DNA of 64,000 nucleotides from an uncultured delta proteobacterium. GTDB lineage: Bacteria > Desulfobacterota > Desulfomonilia > Desulfomonilales > Desulfomonilaceae. The position numbers were made by a program, and so were the translations under genes. Positions within the stretch are counted from its first letter, which is position 1. Each line of letters starts with the position of its first letter. The DNA lies in assembly GCA_963789265.1 (NCBI GenBank), contig CAWBKB010000005.1, positions 416,001-480,000 of the forward strand. The letters run 5' to 3'. Below the pieces are notes generated by a model. It ran no database searches. It was not told the origin of the DNA and saw only the letters and a list, made by a program, of their open reading frames with translations. Of the stretch, positions 40,394 through 50,449 are shown piece after piece.

Positions 40394-40484
40394 ACCGGAG
40401 AAGACAGGGATCTTGGGTAGTGGATTTGACAAGCGAGTCTCATAGCGTGTCAACGGAACCTATTTCTAATCTATTGGCAGAAAA

Positions 40485-41337
40485 ATGAATATGCTCATCA
40501 TAGAGAATGAGCCAATAATAAGGCTCGTTTTTTTCCTGGGAATATTTTTGGCTGTGGCGTTGGGAGAGCTCGCCGCCCCTCGCCGCCGCCTTCTCACATC
40601 CAAGGCTTCTCGCTGGTTCGCTAACATAGCGATAGTCATCATAAATACTGCCGTTGTAAGATTTATGTTTCCTGTCGCAGCCGTAGGCATGGCAGTAATT
40701 GCGGCTCAGAAGCATTGGGGACTCTTTAACAACCTCGCGATGACGTTACTGGGTCGCTGTCGTCTTGTCGGTGGTCATTCTTGATTTCGTAATTTACCTG
40801 CAGCATGTCTTGTTCCATGCAATTCCGATCTTTTTCCGATTGCACATGATGCACCACGCGGACTTAGACTTTGATCTGACTACAGGCACTCGTTTTCACC
40901 CAATCGAAATCATCCTTTCCATGCTGGTTAAAGTCGCAGCCGTTGTCCTCATCGGAGCGCCCGCAGTGGCGGTCATCATCTTTGAAATGATCCTGAACGC
41001 TACATCTACATTTAATCACGGTAATGTGCTTCTCCCTCTGGGGATAGATCGAGTGTTGCGGCTACTCGTGGTCACCCCTGATATGCACCACGTTCATCAC
41101 TCTGTTTTTCCTTTTGAGACGAACAGCAACTTCGGCTTCAATTTTCCTTGGTGGGATCGCCTCATGGGAACTTACCGAGACCAGCCAAGATCGGGCCACG
41201 TTGAGATGGCAATAGGGTTGAATCAGTTCCGAGACCCCTCGCGCCTCACACTACTAAGAATATTGGCCCTCCCGTTTGTCGGCACAACCGGCAACTATCC
41301 TATCAATCGCCGCGGCGTTTCCGGTGGAGATTCTTGA
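40485..41337 (+). CDS. Sterol desaturase/fatty-acid hydroxylase family membrane protein; +1 frameshift near 40746
   Basis: His boxes HVLFH, HMMHH, FNHGN, HHVHH; NSNFG...WDRLMGTY. The two ORFs join as NLAMTYWVAVVLSVV. Confidence 0.85.
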
Positions 41338-41404
41338 CAGCCCTGGGGCCGCACCCTCATGTGTACAATAGTGCTGATGAGAGTCTCCAAGATAATATTT
41401 CTAT

Positions 41405-42572
41405 CTAACTCTCTCTCAGCGCGTCAACAATCTTCAGGCGAGCCGCTCTCCATGCCGGCAGCAATCCGCCCATGAAGCCCATTGCAATAGCGAAAGCCAT
41501 TGTGGAACCGGCAATGGACGGGGTCAGTTCGAATCCGAAGGCCAACTCAGAAAAGGTGCTCCAGTTCATTGTTGAAATGGTCAAAAATTGAAGTAGCGAA
41601 CCGCAAGCCACTCCTGCTGTGCCTCCGATCAAGCCGAGGAGGACAGACTCGGCCAAAAAGGCTACCAGGATGTTTCTTCTCCTGAATCCAAGCGCCCTCA
41701 GGGTGCCGATTTCGCCGGTGCGATTGGCTACCGCGGAGTACATTGTCACCATGGCCCCGAGTATGGCGCCTATGCTGAAAAACATCGTCGTGGCAAGTCC
41801 CAATATCCGGATAAACTTGGCCATCACTTCAGACTGTTCTTTGTAAAATGCGATCTCCCGCTTAACTTGTACCGGAGAGACGCGGATCTTTTTCCAGGCG
41901 ATTTTTCAAGTCCTCGAACGCCTTTCGTCCGGGCACTTTCAGTATTACGTCAGAATAAGCGGTCCTTCGGAACGCGGACAGCAACTGATCGACATCTCCC
42001 CACACCTCGGAATTAAAAGCTGTTTTGCCCGCGTCAAATACACCCACGACGTTCCAATCAGAAAGAGCGAAATGCAAGGTTTGGCCAAGTGAGCCGCCTG
42101 TGACGGTCTCCGCGATGCTTTTGCCGGCGATTACTTCTCGGGAACCCGGCCGAAAAGTCCGTCCCGCAATCAATTTCACTTGAGGCCTGAGATCCATGGC
42201 CTTCATCCCAACTCCTCGCACGACTACATTTGTCGGCTTGCCCGTCTTCTTTTTCGGCACGGTTACCAACACAAGGGCCTCTTTGGACGCGATGGGCCCG
42301 CCGCGCGCGTCTTCGGCTATTTCAGGCTGAATTTCTATAACCGCGGCTGAATCGCGGTCGATGACACTGGATACCTCTGTTTGCGCCGAGCCCCTCAGGA
42401 CTATGGCATTACCGGGAGAACCCGTGTCGATCAGAGTTTGTTGTAATCCCTGGGCTAACATCAGCACCGCAGCAAAGACAAAGGTGACAAGAGCCATGCC
42501 TCCCGCGGTGAGAATACTGGTCCATTTTCTTGTCCAGAGATTGCGGAAACTGTAGCTAAAAGGTATGGCCAT
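41405..42572 (-). CDS. ABC transporter permease (MacB/FtsX-like); +1 frameshift near 41873
   Basis: YSFRNLW, periplasmic core, RTGEIGTLRALGF, GGLLPAWRAARLKIVDALRE. The ORFs join as RLSVQVKREIAFY. Confidence 0.85.
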
Positions 42573-42740
42573 CGTAGATTTTGAGCAGTGCCTCCGTGAG
42601 GACTTGATTTAAGTAAAGCAACCCGTAGTGGTGGCAGGCGGATTCAATCATTAGCCGGCACGCCTGCCCCTATTCACCTGGTGTGAAGTATTATGCGGCA
42701 TTCGTTCACCCGGCAATCAATCCCGCGTTTCGCGCGGGAT

Positions 42741-42920
42741 CACCGCGGAGTGCGCAGAGAACGCAGAGATAGAAGATAGCTTATTCAACGTCGCGTGAGT
42801 CACCCTCGCGCACAGTCATACCGGAATTCCCTGACTGTCGCAGACCGGATCTTGCAGGGCTTCAGCGGATAGACGCGGAGCGAAACAGAATTGTCCGCGG
42901 TCTCTGCGTTCTCCGCGGTG
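42741..42920. repeat. Intergenic inverted repeat of the CACCGCGGAG...CGCAGAG type
   Basis: CACCGCGGAGTGCGCAGAGAACGCAGAGA at left; TCTCTGCGTTCTCCGCGGTG at right. Confidence 0.6.
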
Positions 42921-42930
42921 AACTATTATA

Positions 42931-43597
42931 TTATCCGAAAATCAGTTCCAATGAGCCTTGTTCGAGATACACGTCAAAGACGTCGGCAAAACAGCTCGCG
43001 ACTGCCTTGCGCACAGACTCTACGGTTACGGGGCATCGTGAGAACTGATTCAGGCTTGCCATGCGTGCATCCGGCATTCCGCACGACACGATCAACTTCG
43101 ATGGATTCATCTTCAGATCGACATTCAGACTGAATCCGTGCGAGGCAATCCGACGCTGAATGCGCACCCCTATGGATGCGATCTTGTCTACGGGGCTTGT
43201 CCAGACCCCGACTTTTCCGGGTCGGCAGAAGCCGTGTACGTCGAAAGCTCCCAATATCTTTATGATTGTTTCTTCAAGACCCTGAACATACTTTCTTGCA
43301 GAAAGGCCCAGGGCCTTCAAATCCACTATGGGATAACAGACTACTTGCCCCGGCCCATGGAATGTCGCCTCACCGCCACGGTCCACATGATAAAGTGCAA
43401 CACCTCTTGCTGCCAGTTCTTGCTGCGAAATCAATACGTCTGAAGATTTTCCTCGTATGCCAAGAGTTACTGTCGGAGGATGTTCCAGGATCAGTAAGAC
43501 ATCAGGTCTCCTCTCAAAGATTTTTTGTTGCACAATTCTGTTCTGGAGTTTCTAAGCACCGGGCGTATTCGATCAAATCAAGTTCGATAAGAAGCAT
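42931..43597 (-). CDS. lipB: Lipoyl(octanoyl) transferase; +1 frameshift in an AAA run near 43549
   Basis: LEHPPTVTLG, DRGGEATFHGPGQ, GVW, KIASIG, HGFSLNV, SCG. Corrected N-terminus MLLIELDLIEYARCLELQNRIVQQKI. Confidence 0.9.
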
Positions 43598-43646
43598 TAC
43601 TTTGAAGCTACCGCAGCAAGGTTTGGATTTGTAGAGGCACGGCATG

Positions 43647-43852
43647 GAGGCTGTCTCAAAACTATATTGATGACCAGAATCGTGCCACGATGCAGCCCGG
43701 CGCTGAAGCACCGGTCTACTTTCTATCGCCCCGATGGGGCTCAAACGCAAGAGTCCCGGAGGGACAAGGGATAGTAGCCCGGTAATTCATTACCGGGAAA
43801 GTGGGGCATCGTGCCACGAATCTCGTTCATGCCTCCCTTTTGAGACAGCCTC
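43647..43852. mobile_element. MITE (206 bp), 15-bp TIR, 4-bp TSD CATG, inserted in a REP palindrome
   Basis: GAGGCTGTCTCAAAA...TTTTGAGACAGCCTC flanked by CATG; the empty site rebuilds as GTAGAGGCACGGCATGCCGTGCCTCTAC. Confidence 0.85.
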
Positions 43853-43893
43853 CATGCCGTGCCTCTACCCGTAGTTTGCGATTGTCGACTTTG

Positions 43894-45078
43894 CTACATC
43901 TTTTCCACCACTATCGCGGCGCCCATGCCGCCGCCTACACACAGTGTGGCGAGACCCTTCTTCACGTTCTCTCGTTTCTTCATCTCATGCAGTAGAGTTG
44001 TCAGAATTCGCGCGCCGGAAGCCCCTATGGGGTGGCCCAAAGCTATCGCGCCGCCGTTAACATTAACCTTGTCCATGTCGAATCCGAGATCCTTGCCCAC
44101 CGCGCAGGTCTGAGCAGCGAAAGCCTCGTTAGCCTCGATAAGATCCATGTCCGCTAGGGTCAGGCCGGCTTTTTCCAGGGCTTTCTTGGTCGCGGGAATC
44201 GGGCCGAGGCCCATCACTTTGGGATCGACCCCCGCGGACGCGTAGGAGATCACTCTAACCATAGGCTTCAACCCCAGTTCCTTTGCCTTATCCGCAGACA
44301 TAACCAGTATAGCGGCTGCTCCGTCATTTATTCCCGAAGCATTGCCCGCGGTGACCGTGCCATCCTTCTTGAACGCGGGTTTCAGTTTGCTGAGAGTCTC
44401 TGCGGTTGTGCCAAGTCGAGGATGCTCGTCTGTGTCGAAAACCTTTGGATCTCCTTTCCGTTGAGGTACAAGAACCGGTACAATCTCGTCTTTGAAACGC
44501 CCACTTTTGATCGCTTTTTCAGCCCTCTGTTGGCTCATAAGTCCCAGTTCGTCCTGATCCTCGCGGGTGAGCTTGTACTGATCCGCTACATTTTCTGCTG
44601 TCACACCCATGTGATAGTTGTTGAAGATTTCCCAAAGCCCGTCATGGATCATTATGTCGACGAGTTTGTCGTCATTCATCCGCGCTCCCCACCTGGCCTT
44701 GCTTATTGCATAAGGGGCCGCGGACATGTTTTCCGTTCCGCCCGCTATCACGATTTCCGCATCCCCTGCCTTGATTGTCTGCGCTGCTAGGGATACCGTG
44801 CGTAAACCGGATGCGCAAACCTTATTAATGGTCATGGCGGGCACTACTTGGGGTATTCCGGACCGGATTAAGACTTGGCGAGCCACGTTTTGCCCCTGAC
44901 CTGCTTGCAAAACGCATCCGAAAATCAGTTCGTCCACCAATGACGGATCGATTCCTGTCCTCTTAATGAGCTCCTTTACTACAATGGTCCCCAATTCCAC
45001 AGCCGGTATCCCGGTCAGCGACCCGCCGAATGAGCCTACCGGAGTCCGGACCGCGTCAATTATGACGACTTCTTTCAT
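43894..45078 (-). CDS. Acetyl-CoA C-acetyltransferase (thiolase)
   Basis: [53 protein letters not shown]. Confidence 0.95.
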   Translation of the reverse strand: MKEVVIIDAVRTPVGSFGGSLTGIPAVELGTIVVKELIKRTGIDPSLVDELIFGCVLQAGQGQNVARQVLIRSGIPQVVPAMTINKVCASGLRTVSLAAQTIKAGDAEIVIAGGTENMSAAPYAISKARWGARMNDDKLVDIMIHDGLWEIFNNYHMGVTAENVADQYKLTREDQDELGLMSQQRAEKAIKSGRFKDEIVPVLVPQRKGDPKVFDTDEHPRLGTTAETLSKLKPAFKKDGTVTAGNASGINDGAAAILVMSADKAKELGLKPMVRVISYASAGVDPKVMGLGPIPATKKALEKAGLTLADMDLIEANEAFAAQTCAVGKDLGFDMDKVNVNGGAIALGHPIGASGARILTTLLHEMKKRENVKKGLATLCVGGGMGAAIVVEKM

Positions 45079-45234
45079 GAACAAAACCTCCTGAGTCTAT
45101 TTGATCGCTTTAGTCTTTGACTATCTGTATCTTGATCGCAGTATAACCGCAAAACGTCTTCCGATCACCGTCCATTCCGCAACATCGGTCACAGCGCCTA
45201 TATCGGCTGCGGTTTTGCTTCTCGCGACTTTGGC

Positions 45235-46326
45235 TCACGGAATGAGACGTTCAGGGATCTTAATCTTTTTTTCCTTATAATAGCGAATTGCCCCGGGGTG
45301 TAGAGGGACGTTCAGTCCATCCAGAGCCTTTTCCAGGACTATGTTGCGGCAAGCGGGATGGATCCTCACGAGAAAGTCGAGATTCTCGAAAAGGGTCTTT
45401 GTAAGAGCATACACCACTTGAGCATTAAGTGACGCCGTCACGGCAAGAAGATTCATTTGCCCCACTGAATACACAGGTTTGTCCTGGCCGGGGTAGGTTC
45501 CGGCCGGAATAATTTGCCGGAAAACATGTCGCCAGCCTTCCTCCCGAACCGACTGCATCTGCGAATCGGTAATGTTGAGAAGGGCAAAACGTGGCTTCCC
45601 CTCGCTGAAAAGAGTCGCTACCAGAGGAACCGGTATGCCGCCGGTCAAGTCCGCACCGTCAACTTGCCCGTTTCTCAATGCCTCGGCAGCAGCCATGTTG
45701 CTCATAGGTCGCAGTTGAGTGTTAGTCGGGCCGGATGAGAGAGTTTTCAGGAGCAACTCAGTTGTGAACCTGTGGCCGCTATCCGGCAAGCCTGTTGCTA
45801 TTGTTAATCCGTTCAAGTCCTCCAGCGTCCCGGTGTCGATCTTGTCAGCGCGGATCAACAGGTGGACTGTATCGGGCCACAGAGTTGTGATAGTCCGTAG
45901 TTCCTTCAGAGGTCGGCCTTTGTATATTCCTGTCCCTCTGTATGCCATAGAGCAGAAGAGGTCCTCCGCAAGGATCATGTCTGCATCCGCGATGCGAATG
46001 GCCTCAATATTCTCCATAGACCCTTCCGAGATCGCGGCAGAGACCCGGATGCCCATGCGGCGTAGCCTCGTTGTCCAGAGCGAAGCCATGCCCATCCCAA
46101 CTTGGTGATAGGTTCCGCCGCGCATGCCGGTTGCAATCAATACCGAAATGCGCGCGCGTTTGCCTTCCTTTGGCCATGCGGCCGCGGCCAATCCAGCGAT
46201 AGCCAGGAAAATGAGCACGGCCGGAAATAACCGGCAAGTCCTGCTTCCCCAGGGAAGCACGTGGAAACTGCGGCTATTTATCAAGTGCACTTCTTTACCC
46301 CTTCTTGCAGGGGTCGGCTCGAACAA
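45235..46326 (-). CDS. TAXI family TRAP solute-binding protein
   Basis: IATG..GGTY, GSMENI, VYALTKTLFEN, PLHPGAIRYYKE; start uncertain. Confidence 0.88.
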   Translation of the reverse strand: MFEPTPARRGKEVHLINSRSFHVLPWGSRTCRLFPAVLIFLAIAGLAAAAWPKEGKRARISVLIATGMRGGTYHQVGMGMASLWTTRLRRMGIRVSAAISEGSMENIEAIRIADADMILAEDLFCSMAYRGTGIYKGRPLKELRTITTLWPDTVHLLIRADKIDTGTLEDLNGLTIATGLPDSGHRFTTELLLKTLSSGPTNTQLRPMSNMAAAEALRNGQVDGADLTGGIPVPLVATLFSEGKPRFALLNITDSQMQSVREEGWRHVFRQIIPAGTYPGQDKPVYSVGQMNLLAVTASLNAQVVYALTKTLFENLDFLVRIHPACRNIVLEKALDGLNVPLHPGAIRYYKEKKIKIPERLIP

Positions 46327-46528
46327 TCAACCCAAGACCCTAACAATCCGGCAGGACATGAATTTCTCCACAGAGGCGTTTGCGTGATTTGTAAAGATGC
46401 ATGCCGCGCGGATCCGGCGAGCACAGGTTCGCCATTTTTCCTTGGAAATCAAGGGATCTCGTGTTTAACTGCCGAAAGCCGTTGCCATAAGAATAAGAGC
46501 ATTTACTGGTGCCGACCCCGCCATTCGG

Positions 46529-47365
46529 ATGAGGCCACCCCATCAGATCCGGAGTGGTCCGATTTCGAAGGATATGCATGTAGGTCGGAATTATTATCAC
46601 ACAGTTCAGAAAATGGGTATAGACTTCCACAGATTCGTGCAGACGCCTAACGTTCAGAAGAGAGGACAGATGAACGTGTTCATGTCAATGCATTCGGAAA
46701 CACCTGCCCAATGGGACGCGCTCTCCGCAGCGCTTATGCTGAGATTGGACCTGTATCGACGAGTACGCGACACATTAACATTTGCGCTACACATTCCTGT
46801 TAACAGGCTCGCAAAATACATACTCAGCTTCACCATAGCGGCAGTCGTTCTCTCCCAGCCCGCAATCGCTGCCGATTCGAAAACTCATATCCGGGAATAT
46901 TATAGAAAGGCATCGGGAAGATATCCCACGGAAACAGACTTGGTTTCCATCGAAAAGAACATTCTATTCTTTACCAATAAAGAGCGGAGCGCCAGGGGAC
47001 TCCCGGCTTTTCGAGCAAGCCCCGTTCTTACATACCTGGCAAAGAGACAGACCGAGAACATGTGTGCGGCTCGAACTTTGGCGCATGAGTCCGACCGATT
47101 TCCCAAGGGTTGGAAGACATTCACGGACAGGTTGAAATACGCAAGGCTTAGAGCTGGCGGTGAAAACATCGCTTATCGGACACTGCGCGAGCAACCCGGT
47201 AAATGGGCCAAGGAAGTGGTAAAAGGATGGATGAAAAGTCCTAAACACCGAAAGAACATTCTCAACCCCAGGTGGCTCTATCTGGGAGTGGGGGTGCAGA
47301 TGTGCCCGAACAGTATCGCTTACGCCACTCAGTTTTTTGCGTCACGGCCGGGGCGCTTGCCTTGA
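46529..47365 (+). CDS. CAP/SCP domain secreted protein; true start probably further downstream
   Basis: TNKERSARGL, GENIA, GWMKSPKHRKNIL, YATQFF. Confidence 0.8.
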   Translation: MRPPHQIRSGPISKDMHVGRNYYHTVQKMGIDFHRFVQTPNVQKRGQMNVFMSMHSETPAQWDALSAALMLRLDLYRRVRDTLTFALHIPVNRLAKYILSFTIAAVVLSQPAIAADSKTHIREYYRKASGRYPTETDLVSIEKNILFFTNKERSARGLPAFRASPVLTYLAKRQTENMCAARTLAHESDRFPKGWKTFTDRLKYARLRAGGENIAYRTLREQPGKWAKEVVKGWMKSPKHRKNILNPRWLYLGVGVQMCPNSIAYATQFFASRPGRLP

Positions 47366-47397
47366 GGTCGTAGGCGGCGCCGGTAACAAACTCGATT

Positions 47398-47913
47398 CTA
47401 CGAGTCCGTTTCCAAGGTCCACCGAAACGACTCCTGGATATCTTTCACGGAAGTGTCGGGCGGGAAGCCCCCTTTGAATAGTTCGTCCAGACTCGTAACA
47501 ATTCTGTCTCCCGAAGCCCCTTCGGCAATAATGAGAATGTCTGTACCGCCCTGTCGAGCGAACTCCTGGATATATTGAAGACACGTTCCACACGGGAGCA
47601 GAGGTGCATGGAGGTCCGAAACTACGGCAACCGCGAGGAACCTGTTTTCGCCATGAATCAGTGCATGGTTGATCGCGTTGCGTTCAGCGCACACCCCCAA
47701 CACTGGTATAAGACATTCGGTGTTGCATCCTTCGAATACGCTGCCGGTTCCAGTTAGTACGGCCGCTCCTACTCGAAAACGACTCAGAGGTACCGATGCG
47801 TGCTGCTTCACGCGGCGGGCTGTAAGAATCAGCTTGTCCACATCCCATCGTTGGCCGGCAGAATGGTCAGGTGAAAAATCATAATTCACAGGCATGGCGA
47901 CCGTGGATATCAC
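47398..47913 (-). CDS. cdd: Cytidine deaminase
   Basis: SRFRVGAAVL, GCNTE, CAERNAI, PCGTCLQ. Confidence 0.85.
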   Translation of the reverse strand: MISTVAMPVNYDFSPDHSAGQRWDVDKLILTARRVKQHASVPLSRFRVGAAVLTGTGSVFEGCNTECLIPVLGVCAERNAINHALIHGENRFLAVAVVSDLHAPLLPCGTCLQYIQEFARQGGTDILIIAEGASGDRIVTSLDELFKGGFPPDTSVKDIQESFRWTLETDS

Positions 47914-48062
47914 CCCTGTGTAGTCAGGTCAAGCCCTGTTAATGCGCGCTGCAAGCAAGTTGAAAATTCAAAGCAGGAACGTTATCTTGGGCCATGAGAG
48001 GAGACAAATATGGAACCGAAGCGCAAATACAAGTTCTTGTGGGATCTCTTGGAGAACTTTGA

Positions 48063-48194
<132 letters not shown>

Positions 48195-48315
48195 TGACCA
48201 TTGTCCATGCAGTAGAGCGGCCCGTGGTGGCCACTCCCGAGAAACGCGGGACGGCGGGCATGGCCCTACCTACCTCCTGCACTACCCCCTATTTACGCCT
48301 CTGATTAGGCGGTCT

Positions 48316-48993
48316 TCAGCCGTGATCTACGATACCAAATCTGAGATTTCGAAATTTCTGCCGATCTTCTGAGGACACTCTCGAGCCGACGCGCGCCATA
48401 AAAATGTTTTCTTCCCGGAGGGCAATATTCGGCTCATTAGTATAGAACTCCTGAAATCCATGAACTTTGAGCAAGCGCATCATCATGTTTCTGTATTGGG
48501 CCATGGTGAGGCCGCTACCGTCAAGGTCCCAGTGCCAGGAGAAGCCATTCATGTAAGCAATTTTGTCCTCAAAAAAGTCATCCGCCAAAACTGACGAAAT
48601 CATCTTTTGAGCAAGATGCATGTGGCGGAAGTTGCGGCTGACCTCCACCGCGCCCATTTCGTACATCAATTCCCCGAGCTTGCTCCAGCGTTCGGACTGA
48701 TCCGGGTACCAGCATGCCAAATAGCCGGCCACGATGTTGCCTTTCGAGAGGGCAAGTGCCACTCGGCCGTCTTTGCCGGACGAGACTTTTTCAAAGACCT
48801 CAAGCTTCTGGATGATCGACGAATAATGAGAAAAATTTCCCAGGCCTGAATCCAGTTTGAGATTGACGAAAAAACCGGGCGGACATCTCGGACAAATCGA
48901 AACCATCCCGTTTGGTGTTTCGAGAATTTGCGCATCCACGGCAGTCGCGCAGGTGGAGCTTTGATCGGATACGTGGCTCAAAAATCGCTCCAA
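48316..48993 (-). CDS. acuA: AcuA-like protein N-acetyltransferase
   Basis: ERWS...EMGAVEVSRNFR, SWHWDL, YRNMM, TNEPNI, MARVGSRV resemble Bacillus AcuA. Confidence 0.75.
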   Translation of the reverse strand: MERFLSHVSDQSSTCATAVDAQILETPNGMVSICPRCPPGFFVNLKLDSGLGNFSHYSSIIQKLEVFEKVSSGKDGRVALALSKGNIVAGYLACWYPDQSERWSKLGELMYEMGAVEVSRNFRHMHLAQKMISSVLADDFFEDKIAYMNGFSWHWDLDGSGLTMAQYRNMMMRLLKVHGFQEFYTNEPNIALREENIFMARVGSRVSSEDRQKFRNLRFGIVDHG

Positions 48994-49545
48994 TCACGAT
49001 GTAACGTCTTCACCATGATTATAAGGTCGCGATAGCAACCCTGGCGGTCTTTAACGTAATCCTTGAGAACAGCCTGCTCAAAGAAGTCCAGTTTGTAAGC
49101 AGCCTTCCTCGCGGCGTCTTCCAGAACCTGCAATGAATTCCGCAATCAGCTTTTCAATCCCCAAGCTCATGGCCAGCCTGATGGTATCCAAAAGCATCCA
49201 CGTCCCCAATCTCTGGTGGCGATAGGCCGGATCGACCATGATCCTGAGATGGGCTATGTGGCGTAGGCATTCCGAAGGGCGGCGATGGAGCCTAACGTTC
49301 GCAATAATTCTGTTGTCCTCCTGCCTTACTGCAACAAGAGGGAGAATGCGATTATAGTCCAGCTTCTGTATCCATTCATGCATCACAGAAGGTTCGGCCA
49401 CGTTGTCTCTAAGAAACCATCGCTCGTCTTCCGGGATCCTTTCGAAGAACTCCAACAGACGTTGCTCGTCGTCACGAGTTAAAGGACGGAGCAGGATAGG
49501 TGTTCCATCTTTGCTCATGATCTCCTTGGGGTAGTTCTCCAGCAT
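48978..49545 (-). CDS. GNAT N-acetyltransferase; +1 frameshift near 49125
   Basis: KDGTPILLRPL, VDPAYRHQRLGTWML. Corrected end ...EQAVLKDYVKDRQGCYRDLIIMVKTLHRDWSDF stops at 48978. Confidence 0.8.
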
Positions 49546-49763
49546 GTAGCTGCTCCTTCTCTCAAAAGCGGGCTTCCACACTGATGGTGTAACAGATGGG
49601 AGCGCCCCTAGCAACAGATCGTTGATGCCTAATACTGATGCGCCGTCAAAGAGGCATAAATCCGAGATACAATATGCTAGGACATCCAGCGCGGGACGGC
49701 CACAGGCCGCCCTACAGATTCCCGCGTACGCGGGTATGACAACATGTAGGGCCGGGTTTCAAA

Positions 49764-49941
49764 CCCAATGCTGTTGACTTAAGCCGCATGCCTCTTGTCC
49801 AGGAGCTTTTCCTTCGACGGGCCTTCACCTCGTCATTCCGGCGGAGGCCGGAATCCAGGTTTTCCTAATCTCCCCTGGACCCCGGCCTTCGCCGGGGTGA
49901 CGGTGGGGTAGACGGAGGTCCCTTAAGTCAACAGCATTGGG
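49764..49941. mobile_element. MITE (178 bp), 20-bp perfect TIR, TTTCAAA duplication, inserted in a REP
   Basis: CCCAATGCTGTTGACTTAAG...CTTAAGTCAACAGCATTGGG; TTTCAAA at 49757-49763 and 49942-49948; carries an internal CGTCA...TGACG repeat. Confidence 0.85.
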
Positions 49942-50157
49942 TTTCAAACCCGCCCCTACCAAAAACCCGGTGTCATTTGCTCGAAAATTAATCGCCATCA
50001 TGCACCGGCCAATCCGTTGGCACATCGCAGCACTTGATTCAAAGATGACATAACGGTGAGCTCTTGAATACCGAGAACTTCAGTCCTACAATACACGTCA
50101 TGCGGTCCGCGAAAGGCCCCAACGTAGATGACACGATTTGCTTAAGGGAGTGAATGT

Positions 50158-50343
50158 ATGGAGGAAAAAGAAGGCGTGGTTCTCGCAGCGATGAAAAAGG
50201 CGGGGAAACCGGTGAGACCCGGAGACGTGGCGAAGTTCCTCGATCTGGACAGCAAGGAGATTTCCAAGATCATAGATTCTCTGAAGAAGAAAGGAATGAT
50301 CGTCTCACCAAAGCGGTGCTACTACGCGCCCGCGGATAGTTGA
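50158..50343 (+). CDS. Small winged-helix (MarR-like) protein
   Basis: 61 aa: AMKKAGKPVRPGDVA...KEISKII..LKKKG...SPKRCYY; GGGAG RBS. Confidence 0.75.
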   Translation: MEEKEGVVLAAMKKAGKPVRPGDVAKFLDLDSKEISKIIDSLKKKGMIVSPKRCYYAPADS

Positions 50344-50449
50344 AAAGGTTGCGGAAGCCTTATACCGATTTGCTTGCCGATGAGATAGAAGCGCTCGTCC
50401 GGCAACCTTGAACGGGTTGGGCATAGAGGCGCTGCATGCCCGGCTGCCT

